A DNA stretch of 32,000 nt from Chloroflexota bacterium (GCA_016210565.1 JACQUA010000270.1:19996-51995); one strand, 5' to 3'; counted from the stretch's first letter, positions 8,793 through 16,932 are shown. The notes: generated by a model not told the origin, from the letters alone. Numbers and translations are program-made.

Positions 8793-9950
8793 TCAATAGG
8801 TGATCTTCTTCTGGAGAAGTTCGGGCGTACACTGCGTACTGCTCAGAACCTGGGCGATTCTCCCGCCGGCCTTGCCATCGCCGTACGGGCTCTCGCACTT
8901 TCCGACCTCGGCGAGGAACTTCTCGTCGGCCATCGCCCTTTTTATCGCTTGCACTATCTCTTCCTTCCCGTAGCCCACATCAATAACGTTCTTGCCCCGC
9001 TCCCTGCCTTCCTGTCGCGTCCCGATATTTACCGCTGGAACACCGAAAGATGGAGCATCGATTATCCCGCTGCTCGAATTTCCCACCAGTACCTTGGCGA
9101 GCTTCATCAAGCCCAGATACTCTGCCCTGGGTAAGCTGGGAATAGCTCGCAGAACCGGAAAGCGTTTCTCGTATTCCCTGATTACTTCTATCATCTCCCT
9201 TCCACCGGCGTCTGAGTTTGGATACAGCGCGATGGCAGGGTAACCCGTAGCGATAACCGCTTCCAGCGTTTGCGCCATCTGGTCGCCCGCATTCTCCACC
9301 TCGGTGGTTACCGGATGTTGCACCACCAGAACAGGGGGCTTCGACGGATCTATGCCCAATTTCTCAATCAGGACCTCGTCCGGGACCGGCTTCTCGTTCA
9401 AGATAGCATCGAGGGCCGGCGACCCGACCATGTGGATTCTCCATTCGTCCTCACCCATCTTGAGTATTCTTTCGGCGCTCCTGGGCGTGCCCGGGAAATG
9501 AATGTGCGCAAACTTGGTTATGGCATGGCGGGCATACTCATCCAGGCCACCCCTGGAACTGTCCCCACCGTGAATATGGGCCACGGGGATGTTCATGTAA
9601 GCGCTGGAGATGGCCCCTGCCAGGGGTTCTACCCGGTCGCCCAGCACCAGTACCACGTCTGGCCGCAAGTGCCTCCAGGTCTGGGCCATGCCCAGAATCC
9701 CCAGGCCGACTGATTTCGCCATCGCCTCCGAGGTGTCGCTACTGAGAAGCATATCTACCTCGGCTGCGATCGGAAAGCCGTCATTCTCTATGTCTCTGAC
9801 CGTATGGCCAAACTCACGGGAAAGATGCATTCCAGTCACTACCACTGATAACGACAGTTCCGGTCTCGCCTGGATGGCCCTCAAAACTGGAAGAAGTATG
9901 CCGTACTCTGCCCTGGTCCCGGTCACTACAGCAATCTTTCTCATCTTCAC
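8793..9950 (-). CDS. neuC: UDP-N-acetylglucosamine 2-epimerase (hydrolysing), NeuC family, canonical motifs
   Basis: 'VVTGTRAEYGIL', 'LVLGDRVEPLAGA', 'HIHGGDSSRGGLDEYARHAITK', 'VQHPVTTE', 'LVGNSSSGI'. Start at 9950 or 9941. Confidence 0.92.
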   Translation of the reverse strand: MKMRKIAVVTGTRAEYGILLPVLRAIQARPELSLSVVVTGMHLSREFGHTVRDIENDGFPIAAEVDMLLSSDTSEAMAKSVGLGILGMAQTWRHLRPDVVLVLGDRVEPLAGAISSAYMNIPVAHIHGGDSSRGGLDEYARHAITKFAHIHFPGTPRSAERILKMGEDEWRIHMVGSPALDAILNEKPVPDEVLIEKLGIDPSKPPVLVVQHPVTTEVENAGDQMAQTLEAVIATGYPAIALYPNSDAGGREMIEVIREYEKRFPVLRAIPSLPRAEYLGLMKLAKVLVGNSSSGIIDAPSFGVPAVNIGTRQEGRERGKNVIDVGYGKEEIVQAIKRAMADEKFLAEVGKCESPYGDGKAGGRIAQVLSSTQCTPELLQKKITY

Positions 9951-10996
9951 CCTATTCCGGCCCGGGTTATGATTTCGCCAGACTCTATCTTCTTCTTCGC
10001 CCTTCTGCCCACAACCGAATCCAGATACCGCGGCGCCAGTCCGGTGCCGGGCCTCTTGATATCCAGCATTTCCCGGGTGATCGCGGTCCCCGCCGGGATG
10101 TCCACGCGGGCAACGATGCTCCGCCGCACCGCCTTCCGGTTCTCTTTTTCTTCCCGGCTCAGACGCTTTATCCCGTCGCCCACGGCCCGTTCCACACCCC
10201 TGACGGCCTTCACCATTTCTTTCAATTCACCGGGGTCCAGCGAGGCCCGGTGGTCGGGGCCGGGGAATGTCTTGTCCAGGGTAAAATGCTTTTCGATGAC
10301 GCACGCCCCCAGGGCCGCCGCCGCTATGGGAGCATAGATGCCCACGGTGTGGTCAGACAGCCCGGCAGGCAATCCAAAAGTCCGTCTCAGGGTCTCTATC
10401 ACCCCGAGGTTGGCGTCTTCCAGCTTTGCCGGATAGCAGGAGACACAATGAAGCAGCACGATGTTCTTCGTTCCCTGGCTCCGGAGCACCTGTATGGCTT
10501 CCCCTATCTCATCCAGTGTGGACATGCCGGTGGAGAGAATGACGGGTTTTCCGCTGGCGGCGATGTGCTTCAACAGGGGCAGGTTGGTTATCTCGCCGGA
10601 GGGAATCTTGAATGCCGGCACGCCGAGGGCGCAAAGCAGATCGACGCTTCCCGCGTCGAATGCGGTGGAAAGGAACACGATGCCCCTTTTCCGGGCGTAG
10701 GCCGAAAGGCGTTTGAAATCCCCCGGCCGGAGTTCGAGTCTCTTGAGCATGTCGAGCTGGGCTTCATCTTCGCGGGTGGTCTGCTTCTGGTAGGGGGCCT
10801 TCCCCGCGGAGGCGGTGACTATTTCCTCGGCCTGAAAGGTCTGGAATTTGACGGCGTCGGCGCCTGCTTCAACGGCAGCGTCGATGAGCTTCATGGCCAG
10901 GTTGACGTCGCCGTTGTGATTGACCCCGGCTTCAGCGATGATGAAGCAGGGTTGGCCTTCCCCAACGGGTCTGCCGGCGACATTGAAGAACAACAA
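9947..10996 (-). CDS. neuB: N-acetylneuraminate synthase family protein, canonical (NeuB plus SAF domain)
   Basis: 'IIAEAGVNHNGD', 'AVKFQTF', 'KIPSGEI', 'VILSTGMSTLDEI', 'LLHCVSCYPAK', 'LSDHTVG', 'EKHFTLDKTFPGPDH', 'DIKRPGTGL'. 4-bp ATGA overlap with neuC. The 11125 ORF start reads through repeats; TTG 10996 is one plausible start. Confidence 0.92.
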   Translation of the reverse strand: MLFFNVAGRPVGEGQPCFIIAEAGVNHNGDVNLAMKLIDAAVEAGADAVKFQTFQAEEIVTASAGKAPYQKQTTREDEAQLDMLKRLELRPGDFKRLSAYARKRGIVFLSTAFDAGSVDLLCALGVPAFKIPSGEITNLPLLKHIAASGKPVILSTGMSTLDEIGEAIQVLRSQGTKNIVLLHCVSCYPAKLEDANLGVIETLRRTFGLPAGLSDHTVGIYAPIAAAALGACVIEKHFTLDKTFPGPDHRASLDPGELKEMVKAVRGVERAVGDGIKRLSREEKENRKAVRRSIVARVDIPAGTAITREMLDIKRPGTGLAPRYLDSVVGRRAKKKIESGEIITRAGIG

Positions 10997-11007
10997 CGCC
11001 CCGGTAC

Positions 11008-11063
11008 GACGGGCATCTTGCCCGTCGGCCGGTTCGAGGGGCCGCACGGGCGGGACGCCCGTG
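11008..11063. repeat. Two adjacent palindromes: GACGGGCA-TCT-TGCCCGTC (11008-11026) and CACGGGCG-GGA-CGCCCGTG (11045-11063)
   Basis: Two perfect 8-bp stems with 3-nt loops read directly from sequence. Confidence 0.85.
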
Positions 11064-11138
11064 CTACGGTTGGTGCGTGTCCGCCGCTGAGGCTTACGTC
11101 TTTGTGTGGTTACGTGAATTGGCATTGGTTTGGTTCAA

Positions 11139-11308
11139 CTCTCACAGGCACGGAGGCCTGTGGTACCGGTTCGGCTCTCACAGGCACGGAGGCCTGTGGT
11201 ACCGGTTCAGCTCTCACAGGCACGGAGGCCTGTGGTACCGGTTCGGCTCTCGCAGGCACGGTGGCCTGTGGTACCGGTTCGGCTCTCGCAGGCACGGTGG
11301 CCTGCGGC
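11139..11308. repeat. Tandem array, 36-bp period, 4 full units plus a partial fifth; each unit contains a CACAGGC...GCCTGTG-type hairpin
   Basis: Units begin at 11139, 11175, 11211, 11247 and 11283, consensus CTCTCACAGGCACGGAGGCCTGTGGTACCGGTTCGG. Confidence 0.93.
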
Positions 11309-11321
11309 GCTGAGTGTTCGT

Positions 11322-11383
11322 GGTGGGTTCGCGCACCCGCCACCCCCATCTTGCCAACCCCCGTGCGCTTAACCCACCCTACG
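11322..11383. repeat. Family B dispersed element, GGTGGGTTCGCGCA...GCGCTTAACCCACCCTACG
   Basis: Ends GGTGGGTT/AACCCACC are inverted; near-copies at 12805-12863, 12911-12970 and 23777-23837. Confidence 0.8.
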
Positions 11384-11450
11384 CCTGGATCGTTGGCGAT
11401 TGGAACATTCGTCATTGAATCGTCATTCGGATTTCGTCATTCGTCATTTC

Positions 11451-12767
11451 TCAATTCAGCCTCTTGAAACTGGAATGGGCCACCGGGCCGTGGGGCAACT
11501 GTTCCAGCCTGTTGTCCCTGACATAGGGTACCAGCTCACCCAGGGTCTGGTCCAGAGCGCCCAGGTAAGCACTGACCTGCTCCCTGGTATGGGCGTAGGT
11601 GGCATAGAATGCCTTTGACGACAGGAAGCCCCTGTGGAGCATCCTCTCGGTGATGATCGTATGCAGCAGGGGACTGCCGGGCGCCTTGATTTCCCAGTGC
11701 CCGAGCGGGGGGATGCCCGAAACGTCGACGGGCAGGCCGTGTTTCTCCGCCAGGCCCCGCCATCCCGCCTGCACCTGGTTGCCTATCTCAACGAGATGGG
11801 CGCTGACATTCAGCCGCCGGTGCTTGTTCAGGGTGGCCAGCGCCGCCGCCGGGCCGATCCGGTCCGTCCAGAAGGTGCTGGAGATGAAGGAGGTTTGGGC
11901 AGCCTGCATGACGCCGGCCTTCCCGAAAATGGCCGCCATGGGATAGCCGTTGCCCAGGGACTTGGCCAGTACGGCCACGTCCGGCTCGACGCCCAGTTTC
12001 AGATGGATGCCGCCGGGGGCCATCCGCAGCCCCGAGGTCACTTCGTCAAAGACCAGCGGGACGCCGCTCTCCCTGGTCTTCCGCCGGATGGTCTCCAGGA
12101 AACCCTTTTTCGGCCAGTAGTTCCTGACCGGTTCCATCACCACCGCGGCGAGCTCGCGCGAATGCTTGTTAAACAGGGACTCGAACCCATCCAGGTCGTT
12201 GTACGGAAAGGGGACCGCCGTATCCCGCAGGCCCCTGGGCACACCCTTCGGCTCCAGTCCCGGCAGCAGTTGCCCGTCCAAAGCCGTTGATTCCGCCAGG
12301 TTAGCCGAGAGATACCAATCGTGCCATCCGTGGTAGCCGCAAAACAGTATCCTGTCTTTACCCGTGGCGGCCCGCGCTATCCTGACGGCCACCGCCATGG
12401 CCTCGCCGCCGGTCCTGGCGAATCGCGCCATCTCGGCCCAGGGGTGAATCTCGCATAGGAGTTCGGCCAGCTCCACCTCTTCCGGCGCATTCAGCGTGGA
12501 CATATTGCCGGCCCTGATGGCGCCGGTAACGGCTTCATCCACGTCGGGGTCGGCGTGGCCCAGGGTGCAGGCGCCGACTCCGGAAATAGACATGTCTAAA
12601 TACCTTTTGCCGTCCAGATCCCAGACTTCCGAACCCTTCGCCCTGGAATAGTAGGCCGGCCACCGGTCCGGGAGGAAAAGCTCGGCGCGTTTCGAAAGTA
12701 GCTGGCCTCCCCCGGGGATCAGCTTTTTGGCCTTATTCCACAGTTCAGCCCCGGTATTGAGGTTCAT
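11451..12767 (-). CDS. Class III PLP-dependent aminotransferase, glutamate-1-semialdehyde 2,1-aminomutase-like
   Basis: 'EVWDLDGKRYLDMSISGVGACTLGHADP', 'FARTGGEAMAVAVRIARAATGKDRILFCGYHGWHDWY', 'LVFDEVTSGLR', PLP-lysine context 'VAVLAKSLGNGYPMAAIFG'. Confidence 0.9.
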   Translation of the reverse strand: MNLNTGAELWNKAKKLIPGGGQLLSKRAELFLPDRWPAYYSRAKGSEVWDLDGKRYLDMSISGVGACTLGHADPDVDEAVTGAIRAGNMSTLNAPEEVELAELLCEIHPWAEMARFARTGGEAMAVAVRIARAATGKDRILFCGYHGWHDWYLSANLAESTALDGQLLPGLEPKGVPRGLRDTAVPFPYNDLDGFESLFNKHSRELAAVVMEPVRNYWPKKGFLETIRRKTRESGVPLVFDEVTSGLRMAPGGIHLKLGVEPDVAVLAKSLGNGYPMAAIFGKAGVMQAAQTSFISSTFWTDRIGPAAALATLNKHRRLNVSAHLVEIGNQVQAGWRGLAEKHGLPVDVSGIPPLGHWEIKAPGSPLLHTIITERMLHRGFLSSKAFYATYAHTREQVSAYLGALDQTLGELVPYVRDNRLEQLPHGPVAHSSFKRLN

Positions 12768-12804
12768 TGCTCTCTCCTGTCACCCTGAGCCGAAACCCTG
12801 AGCC

Positions 12805-12863
12805 CGTAGGGTGGTTAAGCGCGACAGGGTGGTGTTGACGGGGGTGGTTGCGCGAACCCACCC
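12805..12863. repeat. Family B dispersed element, reverse orientation
   Basis: CGTAGGGTGGTTAAGCGCGACAGGG...GTTGCGCGAACCCACC. Confidence 0.75.
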
Positions 12864-12910
12864 TATGCACGGCAAGGCTCCATTTTGGATTTCACATTCG
12901 TCATTTCAGC

Positions 12911-12970
12911 GGTGGGTTCGCACAGCCACTCCCGTTCCCCACCACCCCTCTGTGCTTAACCCACCCTACG
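12911..12970. repeat. Family B dispersed element, forward orientation
   Basis: GGTGGGTTCGCACAGCC...GTGCTTAACCCACCCTACG; forms an inverted pair with 12805-12863. Confidence 0.78.
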
Positions 12971-12974
12971 CGGT

Positions 12975-13949
12975 TTATTTTCCTTCTATCTGATGCAGCA
13001 GTTGCAGAACTTTGATGTCCTCTTCCAGGGAGTTGGGAAAGGTCCCCCGGCCGGCCACGGCATCCAGAAACGACCGGATTTCATCGATGTACATGTTCTC
13101 GGTTATGTTCCGGTTGTAGCCCTCCGCGCTCAGCCCCTGAGGGTAAGTGTAGTGAATCCAGCTCTGGCTGGCCGCGTCATACAGATTGACCACGGCTTCA
13201 TCCCAGCGCCACAGTACCTGTCCCCTTTCCATGTTCAGCACCAGGCTCCTCGTGGCGTACCTGGAGACGACGTCGATGGTCATGCTGCCGTAGGAACCGC
13301 CGAAATCCATGGCGACCACGTAGGTATCGTCGATGTCGGCGCCAACGTCCATGGTCTTCCCGAAGAGCCCTTTGACGCTCCGGGGAAAACCGACGACATC
13401 GACCAGCCAGGTAAGCTCGAAGGGAATGATCTCCCGGCAGCCCCCGGTCTCTTTCTGGCCCACGTAGAAGTCCTTGACGGCTTCCCAGGGATGCCAGTCC
13501 GGCAGGTACTGGCCGGAATGATAGGTGAAATTGGTCACCCTGCCGTACTGGCCGCCTTTCACAATTCCCTTGATATCGCGTATCGCCGGGTGGAACCTCA
13601 GGGTGCACGAAGGGGCGATCAGGACCTTCTGCTTCCGGGCGAGCTCGTCCAGGGCGGCCAGGCCATCCAGGATCACGCTGGCTTCCACGAAGGCCGGTTT
13701 CCCGTGCCCCAGGGCGGTGCGGAGGCACTGGTTGTGCTTGTCCGGAGGGGTCGAAATAATCATCGCGTCCGCGCTATCGAGGACCTGGCTGTCCAGGCCG
13801 CCCACCACCCGGACGTTGTATTTCTCCTTGACCTCGCTCCTTCTATCCTCCCTGAGGTCAAAACCCACGATATTCTGGATTCCCAGGCTTTTCAGGCACC
13901 GCACCCTTCGTTTGCCCATGGAGCCCAGCCCCATGATCAGCACGTTCAT
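12975..13949 (-). CDS. Gfo/Idh/MocA-family oxidoreductase
   Basis: 'MNVLIMGLGSMGKRRVRCLKSLG', 'ADAMIISTPPDKHNQCLRTALGHGKPAFVEASV', C-terminal 'YIDEIRSFLDAVAGRG'. Confidence 0.88.
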   Translation of the reverse strand: MNVLIMGLGSMGKRRVRCLKSLGIQNIVGFDLREDRRSEVKEKYNVRVVGGLDSQVLDSADAMIISTPPDKHNQCLRTALGHGKPAFVEASVILDGLAALDELARKQKVLIAPSCTLRFHPAIRDIKGIVKGGQYGRVTNFTYHSGQYLPDWHPWEAVKDFYVGQKETGGCREIIPFELTWLVDVVGFPRSVKGLFGKTMDVGADIDDTYVVAMDFGGSYGSMTIDVVSRYATRSLVLNMERGQVLWRWDEAVVNLYDAASQSWIHYTYPQGLSAEGYNRNITENMYIDEIRSFLDAVAGRGTFPNSLEEDIKVLQLLHQIEGK

Positions 13950-14755
13950 TGTGTCTTGCCCTGTCGCCATCGGATCTTTTGTTCCTTCTTCTCTATGCCT
14001 TTCAGGTATTGCTCGTTGACTTCCCTGGTTATCTCGTTCAGTTCCGGATTGCGGTTGAACACGCCCACGATCTCTTTGAGGCTGAAGACCTTGCCCGGAA
14101 CGTGCAGCCTGGCAAAGACCTCCTGGAACACCTTGAAGTCCTCCTGGTAATCCAGGGTCAATCTGATGTCGGGGCGGGCCAGCTCCGGATCGTCGACCGG
14201 CACCGTTTCGACTTTGAACAGGCCGCTATCCGTGAAGTAGCGGCCCCAGACCTCGGTGTCGCTTTCGGCCTTCATCTCGCAGACCTTTTTGAGGGCGGCG
14301 ATCTTCAGGCCCACGCAGGCTATTCCCAAGGGCAACCCGTCGGTCTTGACCATGTCGGCCCCGGTGTCGATGAGCTTCTGGATGGTCTTATCAATGTAAA
14401 CGGGGTCGCACAGGATGTCGTCCCCGTCCACGGCCGCCATAAGCTCAATGCCGTATTTCGACGCGGCGCCCAGGAACCTTTCCAGCTTGTCGTCTTCGCT
14501 GCCCCGAAAGCCTTCGATGCCGTTCTTCCGGGCGATCTCCGCCAGGACGGCGTCATCGGGGTGCGTCGAGGTGCAGAGCACGACAAGGTCGGGGAGCCTG
14601 GCCGTCTTCAGCCGGTCGATAAGGTGCTCGATCGTGGTCCGGCCCAGGATTTGAAGCAGGGCTTTCTTCGGCAGCCGGGTCGATTTCATCCTCACCGCTA
14701 TGAAAATAGCGGACTTCGGGCGTTTCTCGTTTCTCTCAGTGACTACACGTGCCAT
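13946..14755 (-). CDS. Cytidylyltransferase-family protein (SpsF / CMP-KDO synthetase-like), copy 1
   Basis: 'AIFIAVRMKSTRLPKKALLQILGRTTIEHLIDRLK', 'VVLCTSTHPDDAVLAEIARKNGIEGFRGSEDD', 'AAVDGDDILCDP'. Confidence 0.85.
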   Translation of the reverse strand: MARVVTERNEKRPKSAIFIAVRMKSTRLPKKALLQILGRTTIEHLIDRLKTARLPDLVVLCTSTHPDDAVLAEIARKNGIEGFRGSEDDKLERFLGAASKYGIELMAAVDGDDILCDPVYIDKTIQKLIDTGADMVKTDGLPLGIACVGLKIAALKKVCEMKAESDTEVWGRYFTDSGLFKVETVPVDDPELARPDIRLTLDYQEDFKVFQEVFARLHVPGKVFSLKEIVGVFNRNPELNEITREVNEQYLKGIEKKEQKIRWRQGKTQ

Positions 14756-14788
14756 CTATTTCCTGCACTTTTCCGCCGGGACCGGCTG

Positions 14789-14957
14789 TAGTCGCTGACC
14801 ATACCCCACATCGAGGGCTGGACACGCGGGAAAATAAGGGGTGGCGCCCCGATGCATCGGGGCCTGCGCATGCCATGTGAGCTTTAACCTTCATAATCGT
14901 AGCTCGGTGTTGTCTAATTGTCTCGCTGGCTCCGCCTTGCGGAGCGCCACCCCCCGT
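14789..14957. repeat. Repeat-rich intergenic block: partial homolog of the 3247-3756 fold-back arm, 16-bp palindrome and 10-bp inverted pair
   Basis: CCCACATCGAGGGCTGGACAC (about 14805-14825) resembles CCCACATCTCGGGCTGGACAC of the 3.5 kb element. CCCCGATGCATCGGGG perfect palindrome at 14847-14862. GGGGTGGCGC 14838-14847 pairs with GCGCCACCCC 14944-14953. Confidence 0.6.
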
Positions 14958-14965
14958 AAATCGGT

Positions 14966-16078
14966 TCACAGTAGCTTGTCCCATGTGATTGGAACGTCCT
15001 CCTTGATGTCTACGGCGGCAGTCCTGCCGGGAATGAATTTGCTTTCATCGGGATAAACGCCATCGTCGGCCCGCTTGAAAGCGATGTCCTCAGCGGTTAT
15101 CCTGGTCCCTTTTCTTATGAGCCTCGCCGCCACGGTCCGCTTGCGCGATACCTGCCGGTAGCGCTGTTCTCCGGACGAGAGCGGTCGAAAAGAAGAAGAA
15201 CCGAAGGACTTCTCGACCTCCCGTATCTGGGCGACCAGCTTCTTGAACTCATCCGGGTTAAGGGCGGACTCGAAGTCCTCGCCCTTCAGGCTCCGGTCAT
15301 GGGTCAAATGCTTTTCGATGGCGCTGGCGCCGAAGCCCAGGGCGACCAGGGGCAGGGCAAGGGCCTGGTCAGAATCGGCGTCCACGTGGTCCGCCAGCCC
15401 CACCGGCAACCCGAAGGTCGCCTTCAGCGTCGGGATCAGCCGGAGATGGGTGTCTTCAATCCTGGTGGGGTATAGCTGGATCCCGTGAAGCAGGATGATG
15501 TCGCTCGTGCCCAGTTGCCTGATGAGACTGACGGTATTCTCTATTTCTCCCAGCGTGGCGCCCCCGATGCGGAGTATGACCGGTCTCTTTGTCCGGGCCA
15601 CCTCGGAGACCAGGTCCTGCTGGACGAAGCAGGCGGCGGCGACAACGTAGGCGTCGGCGCCGAGTTGCTCGCACAGCCTCAGGCTGGGGATATCGTTGGG
15701 CATGGCGCAGACGGCCAGCCCCAGGCTCCTGGCATAGGGGAAAATCTCTTGCCAGTCGCCGGGCCTGAGATTGGCCCGCTCCATGTATTCATAGATGCTT
15801 TCCTTCTTTTCCTCGCCCGATGTCGTTTTCCCCGCCGTAGAACCGTAGTCCTTCACCATGTAGTCCTTCAGGCTGGTGAGGTGGACGCTGACGGCATCGG
15901 CGCCGGCGCCGGCGGTTGCCTTGATGATGGTCCTGGCCTTTTCGGCGGAGCCGTCGTGGGACCAGGCCATCTCGGCGATGACAAACGCCGGCTGTCCATC
16001 GCCGACCAGCCTGTTTCCTAGCTTGATCTGAGACAATTGTTTCCTTTCTGTGTTCCAACCGTAGGGTGGGTTACCCAT
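14966..16078 (-). CDS. Divergent NeuB-family (N-acetylneuraminate/SpsE-like synthase) protein with SAF domain
   Basis: 'FVIAEMAWSHDGS', 'ILLHGIQLYPT', 'GLPVGLADHVDADSD', 'EKHLTHDRSLKGEDFESALNPDEF', C-terminal 'RKRTVAARLIRKGTRITAEDIAFKR'. Exact start uncertain. Confidence 0.82.
   Translation of the reverse strand: MGNPPYGWNTERKQLSQIKLGNRLVGDGQPAFVIAEMAWSHDGSAEKARTIIKATAGAGADAVSVHLTSLKDYMVKDYGSTAGKTTSGEEKKESIYEYMERANLRPGDWQEIFPYARSLGLAVCAMPNDIPSLRLCEQLGADAYVVAAACFVQQDLVSEVARTKRPVILRIGGATLGEIENTVSLIRQLGTSDIILLHGIQLYPTRIEDTHLRLIPTLKATFGLPVGLADHVDADSDQALALPLVALGFGASAIEKHLTHDRSLKGEDFESALNPDEFKKLVAQIREVEKSFGSSSFRPLSSGEQRYRQVSRKRTVAARLIRKGTRITAEDIAFKRADDGVYPDESKFIPGRTAAVDIKEDVPITWDKLL
16061..16075. 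repeat. Partial family B end (GTAGGGTGGGTTACC)
   Basis: Matches the reverse of the TTAACCCACCCTAC end; lies at the start region of the divergent NeuB gene. Confidence 0.5.
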
Positions 16079-16095
16079 CTGCCTTCCAGCCTGTC

Positions 16096-16932
16096 TCACG
16101 CACCGGTTTCCGGGGCGCCTGGCCAGGGGCAATAACTCTCTCCCAGGCCCTGCTCGATCAACTTCCAGCGGGCCTTTCGAATCTTATCTTCGATGCTCTT
16201 CCAGTAGTCGGCATGGACGCCCCGGTTGATTTCGAGAAGCCAGGGATGGCTGTCAAGAAACGCCACCACGTCTTTAAGCCGGAAAACAGAACCCGGAACG
16301 TACAACGCGGCAAAGATTCCCTGGAACAGCCTGAGGTCCTCGGCATAGTCCAGGGTAAGCCTGAAGCCCGGACGCCTTAACATGGGGTTATGGGGCTCCA
16401 GGGTCTTGACCCGGAAGAGCCCCGTGTCGGTGAAGTATGGCTCGAAGACCTCGGTATCGCTTTCCAGCTTGATGTCGCAGACTTTTCTCAGGGCTGCGAC
16501 CCTGATACCACGGCAGGCCGTGCCCAGGGGCAGGTCCTTCCATCTCACCAGGTCGGTGCCGCCGATGATAAGCGTCTTCAGCGTCCTGTCGATAAGCCCG
16601 GGACCATAGAAAATGTTGTCCCCGCCTACGTTAATCACATAGTGCACATCATATTTCGTGGCGGCGTCCAGCAGTCTCCGGAGCACGTCGTCCTCGCTGC
16701 CCCGGAAGGCCTCGATGCCGTTCTTTACGGCGATGTCTGCCAGGACGGCGTCGTCGGGATGGGTGGAGGTGCAAAGCACGATGAGGCCGGGCAACCTGGC
16801 CAGCTTCAGCCGGTCAATGAGGTGCTCGATCACGGGTTTGCCCTGGATTTCGATCAGGGCTTTTCGTTCCAGCCGGGTCGATTTCGTCCTGGCCGTAACA
16901 AAGATTGCGGACTTCTGCGATCTATCTGCCAT
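16096..16932 (-). CDS. Cytidylyltransferase-family protein (SpsF / CMP-KDO synthetase-like), copy 2
   Basis: 'AIFVTARTKSTRLERKALIEIQGKPVIEHLIDRLKLARLPGLIVLCTSTHPDDAVLADIAVKNGIEAFRGSEDD', clearly paralogous to 13946-14755. Confidence 0.83.
   Translation of the reverse strand: MADRSQKSAIFVTARTKSTRLERKALIEIQGKPVIEHLIDRLKLARLPGLIVLCTSTHPDDAVLADIAVKNGIEAFRGSEDDVLRRLLDAATKYDVHYVINVGGDNIFYGPGLIDRTLKTLIIGGTDLVRWKDLPLGTACRGIRVAALRKVCDIKLESDTEVFEPYFTDTGLFRVKTLEPHNPMLRRPGFRLTLDYAEDLRLFQGIFAALYVPGSVFRLKDVVAFLDSHPWLLEINRGVHADYWKSIEDKIRKARWKLIEQGLGESYCPWPGAPETGA

Noticed and set aside
11139-11308. Possible CRISPR array (36-bp repeats)
   Set aside because: Units abut with no unique spacers, each is palindromic across most of its length, and there are no cas genes in the window.
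11400-11450. CATTCGTCATTGAATCGTCATTCGGATTTCGTCATTCGTCATT as a transcription-factor site cluster
   Set aside because: Simple degenerate ATTCGTC repetition of a kind widespread in spacers; nothing ties it to regulation.
11077-11467. Repetitive ORFs in several frames ('GSHRHGGLWYRF', 'LSQARRPVVPV', 'TGTEACGTGSAL', 'RAEPVPQA') that look like a novel repeat protein
   Set aside because: The 36-bp period is divisible by 3, so the tandem DNA array opens all frames with 12-aa periodicity. The sequence is non-coding palindromic repeat.
10250-11467. 405-aa plus-strand ORF antisense to neuB
   Set aside because: It lies opposite a strongly supported CDS and continues into the tandem repeats. It looks like a codon-bias artefact, as do 1307-1393, 6888-7757, 8121-8696, 12993-14150 and 13949-14791.
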